From the NCBI GenBank assembly GCA_964019425.1, contig OZ025783.1:248001-312000 (forward strand): a stretch of 64,000 bases of DNA, in the 5' to 3' direction. The translations under genes were made by a program, and so were the position numbers. The DNA comes from Flectonema sp. DT1601 (Eukaryota). Below, piece after piece: positions 34,662-44,805 of this stretch (the first letter of the stretch is position 1; the number at the start of each line of letters is the position of its first letter). The notes under the pieces were generated by a model that searched no databases, was not told the origin of the DNA, and saw only the letters and a list, made by a program, of their open reading frames with translations.

Positions 34662-36554
34662 TCAGGCTAACAAAGCAAGCTGTTGATGCAAGTCAGACGC
34701 GAGTACTCCTCCAGGCTTACGGGTTGCCATTTGAGTCATGCGGGCTGTACAGGTTGGGTCTATCTTTCTCTCCCAATCAATCCAAAGCGCCCAGAGAAGT
34801 GCAGAGCTTCCGAGTCCGGCAGGACCGCGAAGTAGACGATCGAATAGCTGTCTGATTTTATTAGTTTTTGGATCGGATTTTGATGATATTTTACGACGTT
34901 TTATGAGATCAATAACTGAAGTCTGTTCTGACTGACAAGAACCAAGAGCAGCGCTAACTAACTGTGCTGCTACAGTCTCAGGAATCTTCGATACTGTTTG
35001 AAGACTGTCCATTGAAGTAATCGGATCAGCAACTAAAGCGATACGAGCAACACCTGTCAAAGCTTCTACTCTCCCTGGTCCTGTTTGTAATGCTGCCGTT
35101 GTCGCAATTGCTTTTTTTATTAATTCGCTTAGCATTTCTTTCTTATTGTAGTATAAACAAATTCCTTTTACAAAAATCTTCCAGCACTGTGGGTTTGTAT
35201 CAGATCCAAACTTTATACTGCTGAGGGCTTGTTTTAAACTTTCACCAGACTTGTCTGTTTCCAACCTAAGAAGCATTATATCCACATCGGAAGCTGCAAC
35301 TGATGAAAGCTGTTTGAAGAGTTGTTGGAGGGAAGTGTCTTCTCCGGACTTTGAAAGGAATTTTATGGTCCAAATGAGTGGTGTTTTCTGTGTTGTTTGA
35401 CTCAGTGCTTTCCAATATTTTGCTGACTTTACCTTTTCCAATAAAGCTTGTTTGCAAACATGATAAGAAGCAGTCTCAATATTTTCACCTGAGAGTGATA
35501 TTTCTAAGAAAGATTTCTTCTTGTCTTGCTCTGTAGGAAAAATAGCCGCCGAGACTTCATCACAAACCAAAAACAATTCTTCTATCGTGAGAGTGTTATT
35601 CTTCAATAGTAATTTCAAGATCGATTCCGGGGTATCATCATTTTTTTTTTCATTCTCAATACCACTTTCTGATACAAGAAATGGCATTGCTACCTGAATA
35701 GCCGTTACAGACGCGGAAGGTGTTTCTTGTTGGATGACGTCCTGTATGTAGGATCGGAGGTAGGTAAGAATTTCTCCTGTGTGTTCAAACATCAGTGAGA
35801 TTCGAATGAATTCGATTGTAATGTCGCGACGTAGAAGCGGATCAGAAATACTTTTCATCGCATGTTTGTGAACTATTTTTGGAATCTCACCAGAAAGAAG
35901 AACAGACATTTCTGGTTTCTTAGACGCGTCTTCTTTATCTTCAGCATCATCAAAGGCCGAGAGAAGTTCACCCCAATAGGTGAGCTCTATAAGAAAGTAA
36001 GCCTTCCAAATACGAAGTCCAGTCGGTGTTAATCTGAGAGCACGTTGTAATATGTCACGACTGTTATCAATGCTATGGTGTCTTTCCATTTCCCATCTTG
36101 CTGCGTGTACCCAAATGTCTTCTCTCCCAGGGTGTTCCAGTATTAATTTTCCTAATATTTGTGAACACCTCCTGTCGTAAGACTTACCTTTTTGTTTGCT
36201 TAAGAACTCTAGTTGAGAGTAGTTTAACTGAATTCGGTCCTCACCCGACATGAATTCACCAAACCTGTCGTATATTTTTGTAATGCGTTCAATAATATGA
36301 TCGTTGTGTTTGTGTTGTTTTAATTGAACTCCCTTTGATCTTTTTCTTCTGATTTCCTCGAGACCCTTTTCATAAGTTATCGATTGAAGTACCTCTTCGT
36401 ATCCTGCATTCGGTCCTTGCAATAGGTACTCAGTGTCAGTTCTCTTTTTAACAATATCTTTAACTTCATCTTTTGAAAAAACTTTTCTTGCGATAAAATA
36501 CTCCATGGCAGGAACCATGTCCTCGAGTACCTTATGTACTGCATCGGAAGCCAT
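34662..36554 (-). CDS. UTP6: U3 snoRNA-associated protein 6 (HAT repeats)
   Basis: V...LEDMVPAM.....KVFSKDEVKDIVKKRT..EY N-terminus. HAT repeats HP...IWVHAARWE...SRDILQRALR..P....WKAYF.IEL. Confidence 0.85.
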   Translation of the reverse strand: MASDAVHKVLEDMVPAMEYFIARKVFSKDEVKDIVKKRTDTEYLLQGPNAGYEEVLQSITYEKGLEEIRRKRSKGVQLKQHKHNDHIIERITKIYDRFGEFMSGEDRIQLNYSQLEFLSKQKGKSYDRRCSQILGKLILEHPGREDIWVHAARWEMERHHSIDNSRDILQRALRLTPTGLRIWKAYFLIELTYWGELLSAFDDAEDKEDASKKPEMSVLLSGEIPKIVHKHAMKSISDPLLRRDITIEFIRISLMFEHTGEILTYLRSYIQDVIQQETPSASVTAIQVAMPFLVSESGIENEKKNDDTPESILKLLLKNNTLTIEELFLVCDEVSAAIFPTEQDKKKSFLEISLSGENIETASYHVCKQALLEKVKSAKYWKALSQTTQKTPLIWTIKFLSKSGEDTSLQQLFKQLSSVAASDVDIMLLRLETDKSGESLKQALSSIKFGSDTNPQCWKIFVKGICLYYNKKEMLSELIKKAIATTAALQTGPGRVEALTGVARIALVADPITSMDSLQTVSKIPETVAAQLVSAALGSCQSEQTSVIDLIKRRKISSKSDPKTNKIRQLFDRLLRGPAGLGSSALLWALWIDWERKIDPTCTARMTQMATRKPGGVLASDLHQQLALLA

Positions 36555-36684
36555 ATTTCTGGGTTAAAAGCTGATTAAGGAAACGAAATAATAAAAATTG
36601 AGACTCTCACACTTAATTTATTTTTAAATTAACTCTGCCAGCAAATAGAGGGTGTAAATGTTAGGTAACTCTGCTTCAATGTAG

Positions 36685-38856
36685 CTAACTGTCAAGTCGT
36701 ATAGATAATTCTGGTTTTTTATGTTTCCATTTAGTGAGTTCAGCTTCAATTCCACTGACACTTTGATTAAGAAGGGAAAGCATTTGATGAACATCTCTGG
36801 AGTCGTCATCCCATCGACAGGCTATGCTATCAACGAGGTAGTTTGGAATAGTTTCTGGGGGAACCATCATTCCACATTCAGGACAATTGAGGGTTTCCTC
36901 GTCAATGCGAATTAGTGAAATACAACTCTTGCAAATACTGTGACCACATGGCCAAAGCGTCACAGCTTCTTTCAGTATTTTTAAACAGCACCTACAAGTC
37001 AGGTCAACTTCAACTGCGCTGTCGAAAGCCGCGACGTTTGTGATTACAGATTTCATGTTTTGCAGTTCCTTTTCCATAAGTTCTTCGGTCTTCTTTAGAG
37101 CTTTTAATTTCATTTCCTCGACTAAATTTTGAGATTGGACAACACATTGAATATTCCTGTGGTGTTTTTTTAACTTAGCGTCTTTAAAATCTTGTTTCTT
37201 ATATTCTTCCACGGCCGTTTGAAATTTATCTTTGTCCAAGTCAGTGAGATATTGCTCTTCTGATTTTACCTCTTCGCGAAGACGGCTGTTTGCTTCCATT
37301 TGAGCTGATACCTGTCTGCGTAAGTCTTGAAGTTCTTCTTCTCTGAGTTGGTACTGTTCGTTAACAAAATCAAGATTTTGATATAATCCAAGTTCTTGAA
37401 GGTGTTCTTTTACTTCTTCTTCGGCCTCTGCTTTGAGTCCTTCGTTAAGCGTTCCATTTTTTAGTTTTATCTTTTCCAATAACTCGTAGTGACGATCATC
37501 TATTCGTTTAACTTCACGTTGTAACATCATCGGTAAAACTTTTAATGACATAAGTTGTTTATTCCTTTCTGATTCTTGTTTGTTAGCTTCTTCTTCAGCA
37601 AGTTTTATACTCGCTAGTAGAGTTCGTTGTTTTTCTTCTCGTTCGACCGATTGTCGTAATTTTTGATCTTCAATTTTTTTTTTTTTAGCGAGGAAGGCTT
37701 TTTGATTTAAAAGTTGCATCATCATTGGAGAGACAGTTCCCAACTCTGACTTACTCGGTGATGAAGGTGAAGAATACGACGAAGTCGGTAGCTTTAGTTT
37801 TGATGCTGAATTTTGATTAGCACGTGGGCTGACATCGTCTTCCCACTTTATCTTTCTCAGTGACGATCTCCTTGTCACAGTTGCATGAGATGGCAATCCT
37901 ATTGAACTCTTTTGTCTTTTCAAAACGAATGACTTCGCCGTTTTTATTTTCGATTTGGGGGTTGGACAAGTATCAGATTTACCTCTTGGACGAGGTGATT
38001 TACTCCTCGACGATGATTCTGCGAAAGACTGCGTTTTGCGAAATCGATTCTGAATAGTGGGCTGATTATCTTCTGAAAGCGGAGGGTTTAATATTTGATT
38101 ATTAGGTGTCGACAATGACACTTGAGAAGTACCGCGTGAGTTTTTTTGTAAATTTCTAATCTGCTGTTTTATTTCATCAATTCGCTGATTAATTACAACC
38201 ACAGCATCTTCTTCATCCGACAACACTTCCTTCAGAGAACTTCTCGACACCATTTCAGACCTTACAAAATCATTACTTTTTCTAATTTTATTTTGTTCAG
38301 GTAAAACTTGAAATAAAACAGATTTCTTTTTTTCATTTTCTCTAACGACGTTGGGTATCTTCTGTTCCTTATTTTTGACGTATGCAATGGCAAGCTGTTT
38401 CTGTGCTCCTTCTAAGATATTAGCTGTAAGCTCACTGGTTCTTTCTTCAGGAGAAACTAACGACTGGTTTACTTTACTAATTACTGCCGTGTCATGAGAC
38501 GTTAAAACTACTGCTTGAGGAGGAGTTGTTGGTGGATATGGCGCTCTTTGTTGAATCGCAGAAGTCATATGTGCGTGTTGGGAATTGGTGGTGGTAAGGT
38601 TTTGATGATTTGAATTGTCAGTAGAAATAAGTTTTTGAAATCTTTCTGCGAATATTTGATGCAACAACTTCGCTCTCTCAGCCATCAATCTTTTATGTTC
38701 GCTGACAGTAATTACGTCAACAGAACTATCATAAAGACTGTGTGATGACATCCTCTCACCGATGTCCCATTCCATGTCTTCCTTCCTATGTTGAGGTGGG
38801 TAGTAGTCTAACATTTCCATTTGGTCTCTTATCAACCACGGATTTAGTGTAGGCAT
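36685..38856 (-). CDS. Coiled-coil protein with C-terminal C3HC4 RING finger
   Basis: LTCRCCLKILKEAVTLWPCGHSICKSC...CPEC...PN near the C-terminus, long coiled coils, low-complexity middle. Likely start MPTLNPW at 38856. Confidence 0.85.
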   Translation of the reverse strand: MPTLNPWLIRDQMEMLDYYPPQHRKEDMEWDIGERMSSHSLYDSSVDVITVSEHKRLMAERAKLLHQIFAERFQKLISTDNSNHQNLTTTNSQHAHMTSAIQQRAPYPPTTPPQAVVLTSHDTAVISKVNQSLVSPEERTSELTANILEGAQKQLAIAYVKNKEQKIPNVVRENEKKKSVLFQVLPEQNKIRKSNDFVRSEMVSRSSLKEVLSDEEDAVVVINQRIDEIKQQIRNLQKNSRGTSQVSLSTPNNQILNPPLSEDNQPTIQNRFRKTQSFAESSSRSKSPRPRGKSDTCPTPKSKIKTAKSFVLKRQKSSIGLPSHATVTRRSSLRKIKWEDDVSPRANQNSASKLKLPTSSYSSPSSPSKSELGTVSPMMMQLLNQKAFLAKKKKIEDQKLRQSVEREEKQRTLLASIKLAEEEANKQESERNKQLMSLKVLPMMLQREVKRIDDRHYELLEKIKLKNGTLNEGLKAEAEEEVKEHLQELGLYQNLDFVNEQYQLREEELQDLRRQVSAQMEANSRLREEVKSEEQYLTDLDKDKFQTAVEEYKKQDFKDAKLKKHHRNIQCVVQSQNLVEEMKLKALKKTEELMEKELQNMKSVITNVAAFDSAVEVDLTCRCCLKILKEAVTLWPCGHSICKSCISLIRIDEETLNCPECGMMVPPETIPNYLVDSIACRWDDDSRDVHQMLSLLNQSVSGIEAELTKWKHKKPELSIRLDS

Positions 38857-39079
38857 TTTTATAATACAAAAGAAAACCACCCCCAAGACCTATGGAAGCA
38901 AAGCAATGGTTGTTTAACAGAGGGTTTGCACTCAGTAACAGAAATACTACTATTTAAGGTTATCGGGTGTCTTTAACCATCACCAGAAAAAAATAAGAGC
39001 TTAAATTAAGGCAGAGGGGTGTAAGTGACAAAAATAATATCTGCTCAAGTTCGATTCCCGGTATTGATGATCAGGGAAC

Positions 39080-39832
39080 TTATATTAAAGGCTTATTCCT
39101 AAGACCTCGTAACATAGTGGGTTCTTGATAAACTGCTTTGAGCAATCCCTCGAGTGATTCTTCGCTGAGAGTGCCAATTGCCTTTCGTTCTATTTCAATG
39201 CCGTTTGCAGAGTTTCCTGTCGTGTAGCTTTCGTCTATTGGACGAGGTTCCTCCTCGGGTTGGAATGGTGTTCTACCAAGAGCGAGAGTGTCAAGGACTG
39301 CTTTATGGCTGTCTGTTAATTTATCAAATCCTATCTCGTTAATAATTCTTCTCAAAACACAAATTTCTAACCTTCTCAAACAATTTTCATTTTCTAAGTT
39401 GTCAAGTCGTTCCGAAACAGTAATCAACTGTCGCTGTAGTTTTTTAGTCGTCGACTTCGATGTTGCGTCTGGAAAAGGACATGCGTATGATTTACATTTT
39501 AAGAATTCAGGATGATTGTTACTAATGAGTCCCATCATCTCATTGTTGTTTTGAAGTTGTTCTCTACTTTGTATTTCAGAACCGTCTGAAACAATTGGAA
39601 AAACAGCAATCGAGGATTCTGTTAGAATGTCAGTATTATCAAAACCTCTTTTACGATCATCCAAACTGACCTTTCCTACTTCTCGAAGGACACTTTCTAA
39701 ACCTTCTCTGTCTCTTTTTATTCTGTCAGCGAATCCAACATTCTGTTTTCGTTGTCTGTCGAGTTCTTTCTTAACAGTTTGGCATACAAGAGTTTGGGCA
39801 TCGTGTGCATCAACGCTTGGTATTACATCCAT
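39080..39832 (-). CDS. Hypothetical coiled-coil protein
   Basis: ORF in cluster orientation with protein-like composition. First ATG after a pyrimidine tract/AG is MDVIPS at 39832; 5' end uncertain. Confidence 0.65.
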   Translation of the reverse strand: MDVIPSVDAHDAQTLVCQTVKKELDRQRKQNVGFADRIKRDREGLESVLREVGKVSLDDRKRGFDNTDILTESSIAVFPIVSDGSEIQSREQLQNNNEMMGLISNNHPEFLKCKSYACPFPDATSKSTTKKLQRQLITVSERLDNLENENCLRRLEICVLRRIINEIGFDKLTDSHKAVLDTLALGRTPFQPEEEPRPIDESYTTGNSANGIEIERKAIGTLSEESLEGLLKAVYQEPTMLRGLRNKPLI

Positions 39833-40287
39833 GTTTGTGTAAAGTAATCTGCCAATAGTATATAAAAATAATAAACTAACTGAAACACAAGAAATGAAGT
39901 ACGATTGATGAACAATCGGATGAGGTAGTTCCACGAGTTGAGAATCCTTCGTCGCCGTGTACGACTTCCCCAGTTCGATGATACGTTAACTGGCTGTAAA
40001 AAAAGAACGACATAATTCACATCTCACAACAACAACATTCGAGTCTTGAAGACGTATCTCTGATTCCACTTGTGATGAACAATTCGTAACTTTGTGAGGG
40101 AGGGATATTCTTTTTTCTTTTTCTTCTTCTTCTTCTTTTTGTTAAAATAAAAAAACCTATACTTGATGTGTTGAACAAAACGTAGCAAACATATCGATGA
40201 GTCCGACTAGACTGAAATTACACTTTCAAACTAATTCACATAAATTATATAACATAAGTTAATCCATAAAGAGATAAAGACTATTCT

Positions 40288-42393
40288 CTAAAACACGGGA
40301 TCACCAGCAGAGAATTCACTAAATTGTCCGACTCTGGATGTCGCAATTGGTTTTCTGAATGCCTTCTTATCAGCTGCTGCAGCTGCTTCTTCTCTTGTCA
40401 TACCAGTTCCTCCTTCTGCGAATCTTTCTTTGTCACGAGATTTCTTTATGTGGGCTGGTATATATCCAGACTCTGAAGAAGCCGCAGCAGCAAGGTCCTT
40501 AATGTGAGAAGGATTCTTTAAGATTGCGAATGACTTAGCAACGTGTCCTAAATGAAGAGCGTTTGAATTAAAGATTGATAAGAACCTCTTTGGGTAAGTT
40601 GTATAAGCTCTGACATAAGCATTGTAAGCAACAGCTGATAAACGGCGGAGTTCGTAGTCACGAGTGGCTGCGCGTTCGCAATAGCTGTGGAGGAGAGAAC
40701 CGCATTCGAGAAGATGAGAACCACCAAAGTCTTGTGCCAAGTGGAATAGAATAACTTCAACAGTCAGTTTGTTTACTTTCATATCAGAAGGTGCAGATAA
40801 AGATTTCATATATTTCTGTTCATGAGGCTGAAGGAACAGAACAGCATCACCAGGCTTTCCTGCTCTCGCTGTTCTACCAATACGATGCGTGTAGACCTTT
40901 TCATCTGGTGCAGGGTCATACTGAATAATCCATCTGACTCCTGGCATATCAAGACCACGAGATGCAACATCAGTTGCGAATAGAACACCATTAGTAGCTC
41001 TCTTGAATGATTCATAAATTGAAGTTCTATCAATCTGAGACATGTTTCCATGAAGCTTAAAGATATCAGTGTTTAGAAATGGTACGTATCCGAGATCACT
41101 GTCTGACTCGTTCTGCCAGTTTTCTTGTTCACCGTCTTCGTGATTTTCTCCAAAGTCTTGATATCCATCCTCGTCGTCGATATCTAGATGTTGATTAGCC
41201 ATCGCCTGCATCTTTCTTGATGCCATCTTCTGTTCTTTTCTCTCTTGTTTTTGTGCAGTCTTGTTGCCTAATCGGTTTTGCTGAAAAGCGTGTTTTGACT
41301 TGTCCTTTACCTTCAACGAGCTGAGTAATCTGTAGTGGTATTCCACAGAGTCTGATGAAGACATAAAAACAATAATTTTTACACCCTTTTGTTGCTCCTC
41401 TTCATCTACTTTACGTCTCTTAAGTTTTGTGTTGATGTAGACAACGTTTTCACGGTTGCCGCGCATTTTTCTTAGAGGAATCTGACTGGCTAACATTTTC
41501 CACTTAATCATTGACAACAACAACACTAAACGTAAACGAGTAGGACACACAACATAGTGCTGTGTAAGTGTTGGAGGAATAATAAGTTTCCCTGCAGTGT
41601 CGTCATGTTCTTCTGGTGGAGCTTGCTCAGATGGATCGCTAGTGTCAAGTTCGAGTCCGACTTGGGTCGGATTTTTTAATACAAAGTGACTCAACTTTTG
41701 AATACCTGGTCCTAAGGTCGCAGATACCAAGATACTTTTTTCAATTGGGGCGCGTTTGGCTGACAAGATCTGCTTGATGGTAGTAATGTCCTTCTCATAA
41801 CCCATATCAAGAAGTCGATCAGCTTCATCCAGGATCAAATACTTTAGTTTAGATACATTAAAAGACTCTGTGGTTCTTAAGTGGTCTACAAGTCTACCAA
41901 TCGTAGCAACGAGGATGTGAATTCCTGTTCTTAGGCGTGCTTTTTCTTTTTTCTTTTGTTCACCACCTTTGATACATCCAGTAACGATAAAAGAACATTT
42001 TTGCAAAGTTCTTCTAAGAACTTCGTGACATTGCTCAGCTAATTCTCTTGTCGGTACTAAGACGATACCGAGAGTGCCGTATGACCTGTCGATGCGGTTT
42101 TCTGCTGTCCAGTCGAGGATTCTCTGGACGAGTGGGAGAACGTATGCGATCGTTTTTCCAGATCCTGTTGCGCTCTTTATCAGCACGTCACCGTCTTCGT
42201 AAACTGGTTTGTAAGCAATTTCTTGAATTTTCGTCAATCTTTTAAACCCTTGCATTCCTAAACTCTCTTTTAACCTGCTGTGAATATTTAGATTTTCAAT
42301 TGACTCTCCGAAGAGTTCGTTTCCAGAGTTGGTGTCGTTATCGTTGTTCGCGTTGGGTATTTCATCACCTAATTCTTCTGTTTTGTGATCCAT
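40288..42393 (-). CDS. DBP7: DEAD-box RNA helicase DBP7/DDX31
   Basis: LTKIQ, SATGSGKT, VPTRELA, GGEQKKKEKARLRTGIHILVAT.GRLVDHL, DEADRLLDMG, SAT, LHGNMSQ, HRIGRTARAG, YVRAYTTY, LHLGHVAKSFA. Confidence 0.92.
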   Translation of the reverse strand: MDHKTEELGDEIPNANNDNDTNSGNELFGESIENLNIHSRLKESLGMQGFKRLTKIQEIAYKPVYEDGDVLIKSATGSGKTIAYVLPLVQRILDWTAENRIDRSYGTLGIVLVPTRELAEQCHEVLRRTLQKCSFIVTGCIKGGEQKKKEKARLRTGIHILVATIGRLVDHLRTTESFNVSKLKYLILDEADRLLDMGYEKDITTIKQILSAKRAPIEKSILVSATLGPGIQKLSHFVLKNPTQVGLELDTSDPSEQAPPEEHDDTAGKLIIPPTLTQHYVVCPTRLRLVLLLSMIKWKMLASQIPLRKMRGNRENVVYINTKLKRRKVDEEEQQKGVKIIVFMSSSDSVEYHYRLLSSLKVKDKSKHAFQQNRLGNKTAQKQERKEQKMASRKMQAMANQHLDIDDEDGYQDFGENHEDGEQENWQNESDSDLGYVPFLNTDIFKLHGNMSQIDRTSIYESFKRATNGVLFATDVASRGLDMPGVRWIIQYDPAPDEKVYTHRIGRTARAGKPGDAVLFLQPHEQKYMKSLSAPSDMKVNKLTVEVILFHLAQDFGGSHLLECGSLLHSYCERAATRDYELRRLSAVAYNAYVRAYTTYPKRFLSIFNSNALHLGHVAKSFAILKNPSHIKDLAAAASSESGYIPAHIKKSRDKERFAEGGTGMTREEAAAAADKKAFRKPIATSRVGQFSEFSAGDPVF

Positions 42394-42706
42394 TTTATTT
42401 GGTATTTCTTAACTACCATGAAAAGTATAATAATATAATACAACAAAACTCTATCACCTATTCCTTGACAACTACAACAGTCTCCCAACACGAGTGAGAT
42501 CTCAATCCCATCCAACTATAGCTGTGGTTACAATGCGATTATTGTAACTTGAAATATATCTTCTCTTCGGGTATCTATCTCCCTTTTCATTTTGTTAATG
42601 ATGTGTGGTTGGAACAAATAATTAAAATAAAATGAAAAGATAATATTATCCGATAATTCAATAGTTGGGTTACAGATACTCACCGTGTGGTCAAATATTC
42701 AGAACT

Positions 42707-44805
42707 CACTTAAAAGTGAACTACTTAGAGAGGAAGAACTTAGAAAACATGTGAGTCTTCATAAAGTTGGAGAGAGGATACCAAAGAAGAATTCTTTCCT
42801 TGCTCTGTTCGGGAAAGCCTAAAGTACAGAACATTATCTCCTCGTACAGGACAAGGGACATGAATTGAATTATTAATAATTATTATTATAAAATAAAAAT
42901 AAAAAACCATCACACACACAAACATCACAGGGGATACCGCATCTCTTGTTGTATTGTGAGACAGATTTCTCACAAACAAGAGACTTCGGGACTGCTCAAT
43001 TTGTACGTCAAAGTGCATCTCCGTAATTGGGACCCCGGCAGCTTCGAGATATTCCCCTTTGTCGGGAAATCAATAAAGTGCTCCACCACCGCTGGGGTCC
43101 TTTCAACCAAGGGATTCAATCATAAGTAATACTTGTACCCCTTTGTGAAGGGGAAAAATAAAAGGACCTTTATTTCTAAAGGAAATGAAAAAAGAATTCT
43201 CATTTCTTCTTTTGTTTTGGAATTCCCCTTTTTAAAGGGATAACAAGTATGCATAAATCACAAATATAAATAAATCGCAGTTGTTGACATTATACAAGTC
43301 AAGAAAAGTTAGGAACAGAAGTGAGAGGGAGAATTGATATTTCATTATATTGACGTTTAACTTTTTCAGTAAAGTTAAAAGAAATATCAAAATAATTACA
43401 ACGACAAAGAGAGAAAGAAAGAGAAAGAGATAGAGAGAGATAAAGGATGAGATGTTATCTACTTTCTCGTAGAGTGGTTGTAACGTTCCGGAGTTGTGTA
43501 TCCTTCGGCACCGTAGATTGGAAGCCACCAGAGTCCCTGTTCAGAGAGAGGAGACAATTCGTACCCGTTTTCGAAACGCTCAACCAAGTCGGGGTTCGTG
43601 ATGAACGGCCTCCCGAACGCAATCATGTCGGCAACACCCGATGACACAGCCTCGTCAGCCGTCTCCTTCGTGTAGTCGGTGTTCCCCATCAGCTTCGTCT
43701 TGCTTCCCTCCAACAAGACCTTCGCATCCTTCAGCGTGTGCGGTTCACCCAACTCGTGGAATCCAAACCCCAAGCCGTCCAACACACACACGTAGGCGAT
43801 GTCCTTCTCACCGATCGCCTTGATCGTGTGATCGAATTGCTCGCGGAAATCAGGAGATCCGACGTCTCCGAACACACCGTTCGGGGAAACTCGGATCCCA
43901 ACACGTTCCTTCGGAAACACTTCCAACACAGAGTCGATCACCTCCATCACAATCCGATTGCTGTTTTCAACAGATCCGCCCTTGCTCTGTAAAAACTGAT
44001 CCAAAAGGTATCCATTCGCACCGTGGAGTTCCACCCCGTCGAATCCCGCAGCCTTCGCCTTCGCAGCAGCGCGCCCAAAGTCTTTCACGGTTTCCGCGAT
44101 CTCCTCGATCTCCAACGCCCGCGGGGTTTCATACGGCTTCGATCCCTTTTTGGTGTGCGCCATGCTCTCCGCCCCCATCGGAGTCGCAGACGCACCGACC
44201 GGTGTCTGCCCGTGGAAGTCGCTGTGCGTCTGCCTTCCCATGTGCCACAACTGGCAGAAGATCTTCCCACCAGCCTCGTGAACCGAGTCTACAACCTTCT
44301 TCCATCCCTCCACCTGAGCATCCGTGTAGATACCTGGCGCCCCGACCCACCCGTCCGCAATCCGTGAAATGTGAACCCCTTCCGTGATGATGAGCCCCGC
44401 AGAGGCTCTCTGCGTGTAGTACTCGACGTTCAGGTCATTCGGAACCTTTCCCTCGTTGTCGGTACGGGATCTGGTGAGTGCGGACATCAACATAACAGGG
44501 ATGAAGAACGATAGACGACAAGTCTTGTTGACACCAGGTGTACCAACATGTATGAATGCTGTCTATTCGGTTGTGAGATGAACCATACTATTCATAAATT
44601 AAAAGACTTTTCGATATCTGTCTGCCGCGAATCTATTTTTATTCTGATGATCTCTGTTGGAATGTAAATCTTGTAAAGTCAGAAAACCCTTTAAGAACCC
44701 ACTCAAAACGTTTTGTACAACAGCAACGATATAAACATCCAACCCCCTGCAAGGATATCAACCCGTCAAATGAATAATTATGGTTCAGATAGCAGGCGCG
44801 ATTTC
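42707..44805. repeat. Segmental duplication copy A (near-identical to 48397-51502)
   Basis: Continuous near-identity from CACTTAAAAGTGAACTACTTAGAG to GGCGCGATTTC. Differs by the MITE in copy B and two deletions in copy A. Confidence 0.95.
43456..44493 (-). pseudogene. Old Yellow Enzyme copy A, probably non-functional
   Basis: Almost identical to 49919-51046. Lacks 213 bp covering the native ATG, the first ~24 codons and the upstream acceptor region. Also has a 24-bp in-frame deletion (junction 43980/43981) removing VNKRTDMY of the conserved N.RTD.YGG motif. Confidence 0.85.

Noticed and set aside
43447..44387. Multiple overlapping ORFs on both strands within the OYE copies (also 50101-51043)
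   Set aside because: Expected from locally high GC and the resulting scarcity of stop codons.
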